DNA of 64,000 bases from Eledone cirrhosa (GCA_964016885.1 OZ024745.1:52328001-52392000), one strand, 5' to 3'; shown: positions 1 through 14,783, numbered from the stretch's first letter. The notes: generated from the sequence alone by a model not told the origin. A program made the numbers and translations.

Positions 1-6
1 CTATGT

Positions 7-56
7 CCATTACGAGATGAGGATCCGCTAAGGTGAAACTATTGTTCTCGGTATGG
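7..56 (+). ncRNA. Minimal type I hammerhead ribozyme, core mutated (family A)
   Basis: ccattacgag-ATGAGGA-tccgctaaggt-GAAAC-tatt-GTT-ctcggtatgg. C3 is changed to A relative to the intact copies at 48767-48862. It lies just upstream of the PLE RT. Confidence 0.75.
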
Positions 57-89
57 TGAATTAACTGTTGTGTACCCACTTCTAATATC

Positions 90-1790
90 TTGGATATAAA
101 AGAAGTTAATAAAATATTGGTGAAGTCAGACAAAACCAACAACTTATATGGGATAGATAAAACTGAATATAAAGATTTAATTTTAAAAGAACTGCGAAAG
201 AATTATAGAAAAGCCGCGGCCGAAGATCTAATAGACATCAATAATGACGCGTTTAAATTAATAACCAAACTTGGAATTGAAGGAAGGACCGAACCTTTTA
301 TACCTAGACAGCCGAGGATAAATTTTAAGGAACAGAAGAGATACTTTGAGGAAGACTTCCCGGTTAGACCGATAGCTCCTTCTAAATGTGGTATTGGAGT
401 AATCAGTAAGAATATTATTGATAGAATTTTACCAACATTGAAATTGAAGTCAAAGTTGAGCTTCTGGAAGGACACTAATGAAGTAATAGACTGGGTTAAA
501 AATATAGAAAATAAGAAAAATCACAACTTTATTCAAATGGACCTAGCAAGTTACTATTTTTCTATTACACCTAACCTCTTAAATAAGGCTTTGTCTTATG
601 CTTACAAACATACAGATCTAACTACACATGAAATCAATATCATATTAACTGCTAGAAGAACTCTAATTAATTTTAATAATGAGTATTGGACCCCATCAGA
701 GAGGAATAGACATTTTGACATTACCATGGGATCATCGGACTCTGCGCAGGTTACCGATCTACTGGGTATTTTTATTCTCAATATGGTAAATAGAAAACTG
801 CCGGAGATTAGCGGTAGTTTATATAGGGACGATATTTTCTTTACTGTAGTTAAGCATAGCAATACAGAACTAAATAGGGTTAAGAAAGCAATAATAGAAT
901 TCTTTAAAAATTACAACCTTAAATTAGAAGTTAAAAGTAGCACTAAAATAGTTAACTTCCTTGACGTCACCCTTAACTTAAATTAAGGATTGTGTTACCC
1001 CTTCCATAAGACCAATGGAAACTTAAATGACGTTAACTATTACTCTAATCACCCTAAATCCGTGAAAAATGCAATAGTCAATAGTATCCAGAAACGCATA
1101 ACTAGATTATCCGCTAATAAATCCATTTTCGATGAAAAAAGCTGGATACTATAATGAGGTGCTACGTAAGGCAGGATATAAAAGTAATATTGAATATCTG
1201 GATAATAATAATTTGAGTTACAAACTAGGTAACAATACGACTAACATAAATAAACTAGATTCTAAAAATCATTTAAATATAAATAATAACACAAATGCCG
1301 TGAATCAATCTGGGAAAACAATCAGAACCAAATATGTTATTTGGTTTGCACCTGCTGCACCATTAGCAATCAGAACACCGCTGGAAATTTATTTTTTAAA
1401 GATTTAGATAAATGTTTTCCCAGAACACATAAGTACCGTTCCATATTCAATAGCCACACAATTAAGATATATTATTCTACAACTATGAATATGGCCCAGA
1501 AATTTGCAAAATTAAATAGTAAAATTCTTAGTCATAACCAACAAACAATTAGGGATAATGACAATATTAACACTAACAATATTAATACTGGGAATAAAAA
1601 TAACATTAATTTAAGCACTATCAATAGAACACCTCCAAGTATTAGCAATGTTAACGTGAACTGTTCAAATTATACTAATAACAATAAATCGAAATGTAAT
1701 TGTAGAAATAGATCAAATTGACCTCTGTAAAATAATTGTCTTGATAAGAATCTAGTTTCTAAATGTACCGTTAAAGCGAATCAAATTTAT
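90..1790 (+). mobile_element. Penelope-like element (Penelope/Poseidon-type) RT, thumb and linker; 5'-truncated, frameshifted, GIY-YIG domain lost
   Basis: ORF 90-986 has VKSDKTNNLY, RPIAPSK, QMDLASYY, MGSSDSAQVTDL, LYRDD and NFLDVTLNL. Downstream frames give YYSNHP, WFAP, IFNSHTIKIYYS and CNCRNRSN*PL, all typical PLE motifs. Confidence 0.9.
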
Positions 1791-2100
1791 AACACTATTA
1801 ACAGTATTTATATTTATTATATAATATATAACTGAATAATATCGTCTGAAACTTTAAACATTATACTCTCTATATAAATTATACAAACGCGTATATCTAG
1901 TTCAATAATACATTTTAATTTAATAATTGTAATTGTTTTTCTAATATATTGATTATATTTCTTAATTTTAATATAATATAATTTTGATTACCTTTGGAGT
2001 AATGATAATCTTAAGTTTTTTCTTTCTCATGTTTGCAAACACTTTAAATATGATATTATACTATAATATAAATCCTTATAAATGTTATAGTCAGCAGATT

Positions 2101-2245
2101 AATTGACTATTTCTAATAAACATAAGAATTTGAAAATGAATGGTGATCCAGCTATGTCTAGATACATATTTGATGAATTGACTATTTCTAATTAACCTAA
2201 GGATTCGAAAATAAACGGTCATCCAGCTATGCCCGGATATATATT
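2101..2245 (+). repeat. ~75-bp tandem duplication
   Basis: aattgactatttctaat...atccagctatg occurs twice (about 2101 and 2176). Confidence 0.8.
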
Positions 2246-2335
2246 TATATTTATATTTTTCCCCTCCTCTAATTATACGCTGTTTATCCTTTACAATGCA
2301 AGTCTTCCTCCCTGTGTTTATACTATTAAACTTAT

Positions 2336-2402
2336 TTCTCTCTTCTTCTCTCTTCTTCTCTCTTCTTCTCTCTTCTTCTCTCTTCTTCTCTCTTCTTCTC
2401 TC
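2336..2402. repeat. (TCTTCTTCTC/TCTTC)n polypyrimidine microsatellite
   Basis: Direct inspection. Confidence 0.9.
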
Positions 2403-2757
2403 TATCCTTTGTTCAGTTCTCTTGCATATGATCATATATATTTCTCGTCATTCTCTCTTTCTTCATGAGTTACTCTCTCCATATTTCACTTCCTCTATCT
2501 GCAATAATGCGTTATCCATATTTTATTTTATTTAAATTATTTAAATTTTTAACAGTTTTTTTAGGTTTATATTATATATTATTAGCTATTTATTATTATG
2601 TATCTTTATTCACATTCTCAGACGCACCATCTCTATTATATGTAATTTTTTCATGTTTCAAATTAAGGTATATAAATATTGTGTTTTGTCATAATTAATT
2701 CACTGCCACGACTGAATTGTAACCATCAACATAGTCTCGGTATGTCAAGCATCAACT

Positions 2758-2823
2758 TATTTCATCTGATGAGGACGTACTGTTGAAATAGCTCAGTACC
2801 TTTGAAATATGTATAATAAAATA
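2758..2823 (+). ncRNA. Minimal type I hammerhead ribozyme (family B)
   Basis: tatttcat-CTGATGA-ggacgtactg[loop]cagtaccttt-GAA-ATA tg TAT-A-ataaaata. Stem I has one mismatch. A (TA)n tract follows. Confidence 0.65.
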
Positions 2824-2864
2824 TATTTGATCACATGAATGTCTATATTTTTAATATTTTGTAG

Positions 2865-2966
<102 letters not shown>

Positions 2967-3225
2967 GTATATATATATAGAGATATAGAGATATAAATAA
3001 ATATACACGGGTGTGTATGTTTGTGTATAGAGGATTATATTAATAAAAGGAATTCCAACTTGTCTGATTTACTCGTTTTATTTACAATCCTTTAACATTA
3101 TAATTTAGAATGAAATAGTATGGTTGAATATTAAACGTTAAGTGTTAATTGAACAAGTACTTCCATACTTTCGCAATCTTATTCTGCAGTGACAGTCAAG
3201 TTTGCAATTCTCAAATGTTATATAA

Positions 3226-3328
<103 letters not shown>

Positions 3329-3359
3329 TAGTGCATGCATAGAAACTTAGGTTCTGTAA

Positions 3360-3480
3360 TATATGGGAGCTTCATGTGTGTCATCTGCAAAAGTGTATGC
3401 AGGAGCAAGGCAGTCTTTCATGGCCTCATGGCCATTCAGCACAATATTGATGAGGCATCCCTCTCCTGTAAAGATGTGCT
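3360..3480 (+). mobile_element. RTE-clade LINE 3'-end fragment (C2H2-like C-terminus)
   Basis: Translates as CVICKSVCRSKAVFHGL, resembling the terminal zinc finger of RTE/BovB ORFs. Confidence 0.4.
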
Positions 3481-3854
3481 AGTTATCACACACACACACT
3501 CTCTCTCTCCACACACACACAAACACACACACACATACACGCGCACACATATATATATATATGCGCGCGCGCGCGCGTTGTGTATGTGTGTGTGATTATG
3601 TGAATATATCACGCGTGTTCGTAGGATTTATATCTGTAAATTATCTTATTCATATAGGTTATATTTGATAAAGAGAAAAATATGTAGGACGAGACAATTT
3701 GAAAAATATAAATAATCAATAAGCAACAGATGTGTTTACGACGATAATATATATTTCAAATATTATTTCGTAACTAAGATGCTGGTAGCGTACTGATTGT
3801 CAGATAATATTTTCACCAGCCATATTGTATAAGTACTTAGAGAATATATATATA

Positions 3855-4260
3855 TTTTAACGGAAAAAGTGAAACGAAATTTCATTTCCCACTCTTAGTA
3901 CGGTTGTTACTTAAATATTAGTATGTATACGTACATACATATATGTATACAGACGTACAGTAGTATGTATATATATATATACATACATGCACACATATAT
4001 ATGTACGTATGGATTTACCGAACATTTATTATAATGCTCGATTTGTTTGTAAACAAACATCTTGAATTAAGCCGTACAGTGTCTAGCAACCATCGCTGCT
4101 CATTTGTTCAACACTGATAAAGGAACGCTGTACTAGTTTCAAGCTTATTGGCTATCGTCAGCAACGTATACCTTCCTGCCAGATGATTGAACGTCTGAAA
4201 TTATATACTTTCCTTATGCATATTAACGGCTGAGCAGCCTAATTTGCATATCGAGTGAGT
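3855..4260 (-). mobile_element. HHR-bearing non-coding repeat (PLE pLTR-like, family C)
   Basis: 3859-4138 recurs at 59813-60088. It contains the HHR at 4126-4166 and is flanked by TA runs. Confidence 0.7.
4126..4166 (-). ncRNA. Minimal type I hammerhead ribozyme, intact core (family C)
   Basis: Minus strand reads cgttg-CTGACGA-tagc caataa gctt-GAAAC-ta-GTA-cagcg, with palindromic stem III ACTAGT and a GUA triplet. Confidence 0.85.
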
Positions 4261-5284
4261 TAATATATATAGTATATATTTTAATTTGAGTTAAATAGAA
4301 ATCCTTTTTTCTTTTTTGTCATTTGTTTATTTTCCGCTAAATAGTTTATCAATGGTTACTCTACCTGAATTTAAAAGTGTCATTTACTATATATAATGAT
4401 AATAATTTATTTTTCTTTTAAAAGAAATGTATCCTTTCTCACTTTAGAATATTTCCAGGAAATTTTACTATTGGAAAATAAATTTACTAAAGATTCAATT
4501 CAATAATACCATACCCTCTCAAAAACAAAACAAAACTACTACATCCCTACTGTGTTCATTTCTATCTATTTACAATGCTGCAAAATATTATTCTTGAGAC
4601 CGTTTGTTGATACGGTAGGGCTTCACTACAAAGAGAATATAAATATACGAACACTAACTGCATTTAAAATTCAGCGAAAATATTACCATATAAATAATTT
4701 AAGAGCCAGTATAGCCAGAATGATAGATATCTAAAAAAAAAATGTAATTTTGTCTTTTAGCTAGAAAAAAGTTGTTAGCGTTGTATGATAGATGGAGGAA
4801 GAAGAAACTTTGGAAGCAAGGATAATAGATTACAACTCACACAAAAGTTGCCCAAATATTCGTACGTTGTCTTTATTGTTTGCAGTCACACGTCCGTCAC
4901 CCCACAGACATGTAAATAAAGAAACTCCCAAACATACCTGGATATTGCATATGCATAATGAAAGACGCACACACATACACACACACATACTCAAACACAC
5001 ACGCACATACAGAATTTCGGAAACACATTCACGCACAAACTTTGTTAGAGTGCGGCTAAGAAACTTAGTACTACAAACACTACCGGCAGCTTTAAAAATG
5101 TTTCAGACATTTTACCTATAGAAACAGTATCGACAACGACTGTAAAAACATCAAAAATAGCAGCAGTAATGATAATACTAAAAATCCGATTAATAACAAT
5201 AATGATTTTTTTTATTAGCCTCACGAGGCTGTCATAAACAACAATAAAGATAACACTAATTCCGATATCAATAATAATAATAAT

Positions 5285-5460
5285 TATTATTTCTCCTATA
5301 GGAACAAAGCCAGCAATTTAGGGAGAGGTGAAACTCAATTAAATCGACATGAGTGCATTATTGATGCGTTATCTTCTCGACCAGGTAGGGATGAAAAACA
5401 AAGCTAACATCGGCGTGATTTGAACACAGAACGTAAGGGGCCAGATCGCTATGCCCCAAA
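5285..5460 (-). mobile_element. Diverged tRNA-derived SINE copy
   Basis: gccagcaatt, gatgaaa...aaagctaac and ggcgtgatttgaac match the SINE consensus. Confidence 0.65.
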
Positions 5461-5464
5461 TACT

Positions 5465-6260
5465 AATATTTTCTTTATTGACCACAATAAAAGGAGCAGG
5501 CCTACATAAAAGGAGCATTACAACAGACAGGGACAGTTGGGGTTTACATATATAACGTGTAAAATATATAGGTATAAAAAAAAAAATAAATAAACAATAA
5601 CAAAATACAAATAAAAATACAACAATGAAAAGGGGTGGGGTAACCACCCAGAGATAATTCAAGTACCCCACCAATACTGAACCACTCGACGCTTCGAGAG
5701 CACCCGAGAAAGGTACTCCGCTCCTCCTCAGATTAAACAGCTTACAGGCGCATGCCCATTCGCACGGGCCACTCTCAACACATTCACCCACAATTCGTCA
5801 AAGGTACTGGGGTGCAGTACTTCTCTCTCTACCCTCACCTTCCTTTCGAAGTGAAATTGGGAAAAGGTGATGAGGGATTTCCCTGGCCCACCACAGCCTC
5901 TTTCGCTACCAACACCAGACAGGAACTTTGTATGTCCCTCAATGTCGTTAGACGGATCTGTTATTCGACATAATTCCACAAGTCAGCAATGCATGGGCAC
6001 GGGACGAGTGCGTGCTAACGGTTTCGTCGCTCTGCGCCCATCTCGAGCAGGTCCGTCTAACAGCATTTCCATGCCTCTAGAATTTATCTCGAAATGTCAG
6101 TGCCGTCCCAGTAGCACTGTCTTCTCTTTTGAAAATGCGTACAGCGTTCATTATGTAATAGCTCCCCATTTTTCCTCAATTCTCCCCGTGGTGCGGCACC
6201 TTTTTCATGGTACTTCCCGTTTGGGTTTTCAGAGGTTGGCAGATCTGAATAAAGCTGAAA
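5465..6260 (-). mobile_element. Tx1/L1-clade LINE 3' fragment (ORF2 C-terminus and 3' UTR)
   Basis: Homologous to 22139-22900 (e.g. ccacaagtcagcaatgc..ggacgagtgcgtgc and ctctaccct..tcctttcgaagtgaaatt). It ends in ttctttattgaccaca. Confidence 0.8.
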
Positions 6261-6331
6261 ATGTGGAGCCAAAAAAAGACACGCATTCACTCTCTTACAG
6301 CCAATAATAACAGTAATAATGAAAAAAAAAC

Positions 6332-6520
6332 AATAATTGTTTCTACTTTTGGCACAAGGCCAGCAATTACCCCGAACATTACTGGTACTTTATTTTATCG
6401 ACCCCATATGGATGAAAGGCGAAGTTAACCTCGGCGGGATTTTAACTCAGAATGGAAAGGGCTGTAACTCTATGCGTCAAAGCATGGCGTCCGACCCTCT
6501 ATCGATACTGCCAAACCACC
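6332..6520 (-). mobile_element. tRNA-derived SINE, near full length
   Basis: Minus strand has an A box (tggcagtatcg), a B-box-like motif, the central ctttcatcc..ggggtcgataaaataaagtaccag and the tail ccttgtgccaaaagtagaaacaattatt. Confidence 0.9.
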
Positions 6521-6959
6521 AAAAAAGTAATAATAAAAGGAGCAGGAATGAAATATCAATATAGCACGTTTATATTTATTCACATATTCTCTGCGTTTCG
6601 CGCTTGATCAGTTCAAGGGAGAATTTGTATATTTGAGGCTCGACACTTAAATGTCTTGTGGATTCCTTAATAAATGTAGATATATGTAGACGGCGTTATA
6701 TACTCATAAATCGTCGCCAGTCCAGATTTAGTTGTGGTGTCATGTTATTCATTACATATTATACTATCAACAAAAGCATCGTCGGCATATACCTTCATTC
6801 TCTATTATACTATAATCAATCTGATCTTACATTTTTTTTTATTACTGCTTCCCACACCAATCATATTCCAGAGAATAAAGTGACACCCTAATTGAATATG
6901 TTTATATATATGTGTGTGTATATACATTAAAGTGAGAATAAGAGATAGAGAGTTACTCA

Positions 6960-7445
6960 GACATTTGTAAATATCTATTTAAAGCTGCATATAGCTATGG
7001 TGCGGCCACACCTAGAATTTGCATCACCAGTCTGGAACCTCTATCTTGCTCAGAATATTGACAGCCTGGAAACTGTTCAGAGACGTGAAACCAAGCGAAT
7101 ACCCTGTATCAGGCATCTACCATACTCTGAATGCCTTGCATCACTGGGCTTGGATACATTGAAGCTCCGACGTCTGGCAACTGACTTGGTAAACACCGAC
7201 CAAATTATTAACCATCTTGCCAACCACAAACATGAGCACCTTTTTGATTGCCATGTGTCTAACACACGTGTGCACGTTAACGAAGTCAGGAAAACGGCAC
7301 AGCTCCCATAGCTTTCGGAAACATTTTATCACGCTCATAGTTGCTGAAGCATGGAACAAACTACCTACATCAGTTGCTAGCCCTGGAGACACTGCATCCT
7401 TTAAAACATCCATGTTTCCAGAGATTCGCCAACACTATACCTGAT
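6960..7445 (+). mobile_element. CR1/Jockey-group LINE ORF2 C-terminal fragment
   Basis: VRPHLEFASPVWN, LETVQRR, LPYSECLASLGL..LKLRRL and EAWNKLP..V. Confidence 0.85.
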
Positions 7446-7795
7446 TGCCCCCTCCATGCACACGCACACGTGTATTTCATGACTATACACTGTCATTTTC
7501 CTAGCATTTGTACATTATTCTATGTACTATACATGCAACTTTGATGAGTTATAGTGCACCTGAGCACTGTACACAAAAATGCCATTATTAGTATATACAT
7601 ATAACAATTTCTAAAGATATCCACATCGCTTAACGAATCCACAAGTGTCTGGCCCGATCTATAACGATCGCACCTTCGGCTGATCCACCACGAAACACTC
7701 GTAATATAAGGATATACATAATGATGCAGCATTGCAACTTCGTTCCTCTTTCTTATTCATTCTACACCCCCCTCTCCCCCCTCTCTCTCTATCTA

Positions 7796-7862
<67 letters not shown>

Positions 7863-8861
7863 GTGTGTGAGTGTATGTGTGTGTGTGTGTGTTTGTGTGT
7901 GTGTTTGTGTATGTGTGTGTATGTGGAGTTATGTATGCATGTTTATATATGTGTGTGTATATATATATATATAACGTGGGAATGAGAATTAGAGAGTTCC
8001 TCAAAGATTTGTAAACATCTAGATATATATCTTGTTTACTAGTTATCGCTTCCAGTCACATGATTATTTTTCTGCTTCTAATCGTTATCGTAATTTTTTA
8101 AAAAACATTCGTCATTATTTCTATAATCCTTCATTGTCCGTATTTCAAGGATTTATGAATATTTCAAGTTGGTGTGTTGGTGTTTTTATGATTGGTATTA
8201 TAGTCTTGAATATCACATGCATAATTAGATAATGTGTTTCTCTATTCGGCAACATCTAATCACATGAATTTCTTCACTAGACTGAAATATACAGGCTTCA
8301 GCATGTGTATAATGTCATAATGCGTTAACATGTGTAGATAACATTTATTAGGTTGCAGTAAATGGATTATAAAGCATCTAATTGTATAGAATGATGAAAA
8401 TAATGTTTTAATGTAGTGGAAGTTTTACGCTACAGATAGACTTTTATAAAATATATAGTAATTTATATAAAAAAGAAAACAGAGATAATATTTTGGATGA
8501 AATTGGGTGCATGAGAATATCAACAATCCAGAAATTAGAATTAATCCGGATCTAATCCTCCTAGGCATATGTTGTAGAAAGCTAGTGAAAAATAAAACCA
8601 CTGTCTATAAAAAAACTGAGATTTGTAAGGTAGATCAAACACTACCATAAAATATTTAGCAGTCAATTAAATAGATGGGTTTCAACACAGAGATGAAAGA
8701 AAAGATTAGAAAGGAATAGTATAATCGGCAAATATAACTACTTGAGACATGACTAAATGCAAAGTATCAATATTCTGACGAATACAGTAAAAACAATCTA
8801 TATTTTCCATATTCGGAACTTGGCACTAAATGAGCTAACATTGAAAAACAAGAAAAATAAT

Positions 8862-8920
8862 TGTTTCTACTTTAGGCACAAGGCCAGCAATTACCCAGTG
8901 CATTACTGGTACTTTATTAT
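8862..8920 (-). mobile_element. 5'-truncated SINE with 18-bp TSD
   Basis: SINE tail flanked by aaaaacaagaaaaataat at 8844-8861 and 8921-8938. Confidence 0.85.
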
Positions 8921-9211
8921 AAAAACAAGAAAAATAATGATTGCATACGGCACAAGAAAGCAAATGTCGAAATATTATACCTACGATAAAGGCAGAAACA
9001 AAGGGAATTATGAAATTACAAAGCTATTAGAAAATGATAAGCACTTTTCTGGTGTCACTTTACCTGATTTTCTTATCTATTACCTGTAATGTTATGGGAT
9101 TTTTCAATGGACGCACATATTTTATATTTCGAAGATTCCACTATTCTACCTAAGTCAATTGCTTTGTTTATACATATGCACGTACATAATTACAAACTTA
9201 TACACACACAA

Positions 9212-9256
<45 letters not shown>

Positions 9257-10601
9257 CATACAAACACACACACACACACCAATAAACATACACACACCAA
9301 TATATATATATATTCAGAGAAAACCTCAACTGAGAGACGCCACCCCCTTCGTGACAAATTCGCTGATCTGTTAAGATTACTGCTTTTAAACGTGGAAAGA
9401 CTAGAGTAGACTTAGCTATTTCCTTACAGAATATCCTACCGCGATATTATCTGTATATGTGTACACCTCATATCTTCGATAATTGTTAAAAGTTCGTGCG
9501 TCGGAAATTCTTCTCTCACTGATGACCACCGCAAAACTATGTTAAGTGTTCGGTGCTAGTTCACCAGGCGGCCCTGTTTCCAGAACGACGCTAAGCCACG
9601 TGCATATACATGTATTCTGAGTAAGACCATTTTCGAAACAATGGAGGAAAAGATGGGGAGGAACATTTACCTTAGTCATATGGATAGAGAGCAGTTTCTC
9701 CGCCTTTCCGGCCAATTTTGGTGCCTTCAGAAGATTACCTGTATCAATTCATTTCGACCAACTCACTCAGTAGTCTCCAATTGCCTAGTGGAATTTTGCC
9801 TTTAAGTTTGTATACGTTTTCTGGTACATTTTATGTGGGTTGGAGGTGAAATAGTTTGGGGGTGATATGTAATTTAGCCGTAATGCTGGTGTATTTTTTG
9901 TATGTAGTTGAAAAGTTTCCTCTTTGTGTTTATTGCTGTATTCTTCTCGAATGTTAAATCATATATCCACGAAAAAAAAAGAAGGAATTTTGTGTGTATG
10001 ATTGCGGATAGATCTGTCAGCCTTTTGTAGTAGTTCCAGTGACCCCATTCACAGGGAAGCTTTGCTTTAGCAAATTTTATGAGGAAACGTATTCCATCAA
10101 TGATCATCACCCTTTTTCAGATACAAAGCTATACGCACTGGTATTCTTTCTAATATCTCATTACTATGGCGGTTGTATATATATACAGGCGGACACTCAC
10201 GTACAGAAATAGAGACACATGCAACCGCACAGACAGAAACAACAAAATAAATGTAGAAATAGATAGAGATGGTGAAGGACAGAAATGAAGATATACAGAG
10301 AAAATGAAAGATATAAAAAAAAAGATAGAAAGATTAGATACGAAAATGGCAAAGCGAGAGATGGATATCACAATCAAAATTGAAATATTAGCTACAACGT
10401 TTAGGCGGCAAAATGTTAGATCTTGCTGCACGTTATTTCGCACAGACTAAAATGATTGACAAAATATAATATAAAAATTGATACACTCTTTGTGTATATA
10501 TGTATATGATTCACACACATACTTGCACAGACACACACGCTCAGTAACAAACTTACATATATACGTACATACATATGCATATATTTACATATAAGTTAAT
10601 T

Positions 10602-10670
<69 letters not shown>

Positions 10671-10859
10671 GTTATACTTAAATACATTCATGGGTATTTA
10701 TATATTACAGAGACGTGATTTAAAGTAGGCTATACAGACTTATGGTTCATTTAATTGTATATATAATCACGCTACATAAAAATTCAAGCCACTCACAAAC
10801 ATTTCGAGGTTCGATCTTAATTCCTTTATCATTAATTGTGTCTAACGAGAATCTTAGTG

Positions 10860-11340
10860 CGTAGTCTAAAGTTGGAAGTTGTCAGTTTTGGTGTACTCAA
10901 GATCTAATGTAGGATTGAAATATGTATGCTCTTGTACACTGATCACGTCAATAACGTTGGATTTTGCATCCATTACTAGCTCATCAATTCTACAAAGAAA
11001 ACCAAGTATATCTACTTTGAGTGTGCTAAAGCGAAATGAGTGTTTGTATTTTATCACATTTAATGTACTATCTATTCTATCGTGATCAGATCGTCTAGTT
11101 AGATGCTGGTCCGAAGCTGGTCCATCATTGGCTTCATGGAATGAGGTATAAGCTTCAGAATGTTTAGCCAAAGCAGTGGCTGGAACTTCGGAGCGAATCT
11201 ATAGAGAGTTCATTTTTTCGAGTGTTAGATAGATGTACGTGCAGCCTGGGATGGACTGTCCATTTAAATGCTATTGGTACCCATTATTTACCCATTAGTG
11301 GGTTCACTGTTTGTGTAGAACTTCCATAACGCTCTCTATC
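10860..11340 (-). mobile_element. Degenerate RTE-like APE endonuclease N-terminal fragment
   Basis: FSTLKVDILG...IDVISVQEHT resembles the APE motif (I.T.NV...IDI..IQE). Confidence 0.55.
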
Positions 11341-12142
11341 TGAAACATAATGAAGCGACATAGTCTCCTTGATTCCTCTGATCTATCTCCAAAGATATAG
11401 ACACTGCCGTTGGTCACATGTAGTATCTGTTTCACAGCTTGCCGAATAGTAGTCTTAAATGGAATAAAACTGACTTGATCACAAACAAAATATTACAAAA
11501 TAAAAACCATGTAAATTTTAAAAGTAAGAATTTAAAGATTAAAAGGTTATATAAAGATGTAAAATTTGAAATGTAAGAATTTTAAGTATAAGTAGTTAAA
11601 AGTTAAAATGGAACAAGTCAAATTAATGTAAACACATGAAGGTACGCAGTACATATACGCAGAAACTCACCCATACACACGTTATTGTGTAGCTGTGTCA
11701 CTTGGCCGTTTGATGGGTTTTGTTTTCATCCCTTATGACCAACGAAGCCTAGTGGGCTTGGCAGTTTAGTGTCCGACGGCTCGACAATGCGACAGGGTGT
11801 GGTGGGTTACATGTTAACAGTAGCACGTGAGAACAACCTAAGGTGGCTGGAATGTTGTATTTAATATAATTTCACAAATTTATATAAAAATGTGATCCTA
11901 TAAGGTTTAGTAATGCACCCTTCTGAGATCTGTAATATAGGCATTTATCTAGTTCATCATAACTGTAATACACAACGCTGTGATATTTATTAACAAAAAT
12001 GTTATATCACATGTTAAATCACATCCAGCTAAATAATGCTTGTGAAAAATAAATGTACTTTAACATAACATTACCGTATATATACACAAACACACACATA
12101 CATATACACACACAGGCGCACACGCACACACACACATACATA

Positions 12143-12174
<32 letters not shown>

Positions 12175-12181
12175 ACTATAT

Positions 12182-12215
<34 letters not shown>

Positions 12216-12646
12216 ATGCATGTATGTATGTGTAAAATCAAGTCTTAGAATTAAGAACAATATTCATAATTACGTAAGGTAGCGGACATATGTCATCATG
12301 AAATTCCTGTATGAATTGTAATTGATGAGACGCTTGCATGTGGCAATAATTTTAACTATATAACATTGCAAATAATTCCAGGATAACAGCACATCTATTA
12401 TATTCAAGTGGATATTGTTTAGTTAAGTGGATATTATGATGATTTTTCTCACTTTAGCTAATGTAATTATGTAGAAGGACTCAGTTCATAATTTAAGAAT
12501 GCATAAATGGTGTAAATGTTTCATTGTTACACTAATATAATTATACAATCTTTATAAACATATTCCCATTCTCTAGATATGTTTAACGATTTCAGAGTTT
12601 AGCATAAAACACTCTCATGTACACAGATACAGACCTACCACACGCA

Positions 12647-12788
<142 letters not shown>

Positions 12789-12835
12789 TGTATGTATATA
12801 CGCAGATATATATATAAATATATATATAAATATAT

Positions 12836-12900
<65 letters not shown>

Positions 12901-12965
12901 GAGGAAAGTCGTATATATATATGACTTGGGAAGCTATTTCGAACACTGGTTTAACCGCTTTACTT

Positions 12966-13002
12966 CCCTCCGAAGAAGAGATATTATCTCGAAAATTAAG
13001 GA
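12966..13002 (+). ncRNA. Possible degenerate minimal hammerhead
   Basis: cct-CCGAAGA-a-gagat att atctc-GAAA-at-TA-agg. U4 is changed to C and stem I is short. Confidence 0.35.
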
Positions 13003-13134
13003 CATTTAAATAAACGTAAGGTAATTCTCAACAATATCTTTTGCATTTGCATTCTTTATTTTATGCCCATACCTGCATTGTTTTGGCATTATTATACATA
13101 TACAAACGTATATATATATATATATATATATATA

Positions 13135-13515
13135 GTTTTGGGAGGTTTTTGATATGAAAACCTGTGTCAAAACAAATATTGTTATACTTGGGGAGGGTCA
13201 TATTTGTGTAATATTGCCAGAATTAATAACAGAACACACTCACTGTTTGGTTGGTTTTCGCTTTTCGCTTCTGTGTCTTTTATATCGGTTAATTTAATTT
13301 ATTCGGTCCTCAATGTTGCCATTGCATGACCAACGGTCAAAAATACAGATACAATATAGACACAAACACATATATATATATAGTTTATCAAAGTTGTTTC
13401 GTTGCAACATCGTCAGTGGTGCTATTGTTTCCTCCCGTTGCATTGTATTTTCTACGCCATCTTTATTTAGTCTGTTTATATATTTATTTATTTGTTTATT
13501 TTATTTTGATTATAT
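13135..13515 (+). repeat. Dispersed non-coding repeat (family D)
   Basis: The reverse complement is at about 61363-61915 and a partial direct copy is at 60594-60698. Confidence 0.8.
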
Positions 13516-13517
13516 TT

Positions 13518-14428
13518 TGAGAGCATTGGGAGAGGGCTCCAACACTGATGTCATCTACCTTGATTTCAGCAAGACCTTTCACAGGGTTGATCATAAGTTT
13601 GTACTGAAAAAAACTATACAATATTGGTGTCTCTGGAAAGTTACTACAGTGGATCAAATGTTTCCTGACAGACAGAACACAACATGTTGTAGTCGAAGGA
13701 GTAAAATCAAGCCATTCCAAATTCAGCAGTAGCGTCCCACATGGCATTATGTTGGGCCCACTTCTTTTCATCGTCTACATTAATGACATTACTGACATCA
13801 TCATGCATAGCAACATAAGAATCTTCGCACATGATTCCAAGCTCGAAAGGGTGATCAATGAGGTGGGTGACCGGACTTGCCTTCAGTCAGACCTACTGGC
13901 TGTTATCCAATGAGCATAAAAGAACAATAGGCTGTTGAATGAGGTTAAGTTTGAATTAATCCACTTTGGAAAAAAGTATGTTGTGAAACTACCATACTCT
14001 CTTCCTTCAACAACATCAGAGACCTGGGAATAATTGTGGACAATTACTACTCATATAAACAGCAAAGTTGACATGGCCCGCAGAATGTGTACCTGGATTC
14101 TCAGAAGCTTCCAGTCGAGAGAGATCCACACTGTTATCCATATCTTCTCCGCTTTTTCTCGACCCCCACCTTGAATACAGTTATCCACTGTGGTCTCCCC
14201 ACACGTAACAAAATATCATGAACGTTGAAGCTCCCCAAAGATCGATTACAAAAAAATAGATGGCATGACAGGCCTTGACTATTGGAATTGATTTGAAAAG
14301 CTCAACCTTTATTCTATCCAACGTCGCCGTGAGCGCTACATTATCTACATGATGTGCAAATATTCCATCAGCTTTGCCCAAATTATGTTGGCATCACCTT
14401 TAATGTACATCCAAGCTTGGGCCCCGAG

Positions 14429-14430
<2 letters not shown>
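13518..14430 (+). mobile_element. CR1-like LINE RT fragment, degenerate
   Basis: DVIYLDFSKTFHRVDH, WIKCFLTDRTQHVVV, SVPHGIMLGPLLFIVYINDI, FAHD (from FADD) and RPHLEY-like motifs. Confidence 0.85.

Positions 14431-14783
<353 letters not shown>

Noticed and set aside
9515-9548. CTGATGA...AAAAC tat GTT motif
   Set aside because: No stem II pairing and G12 is missing.
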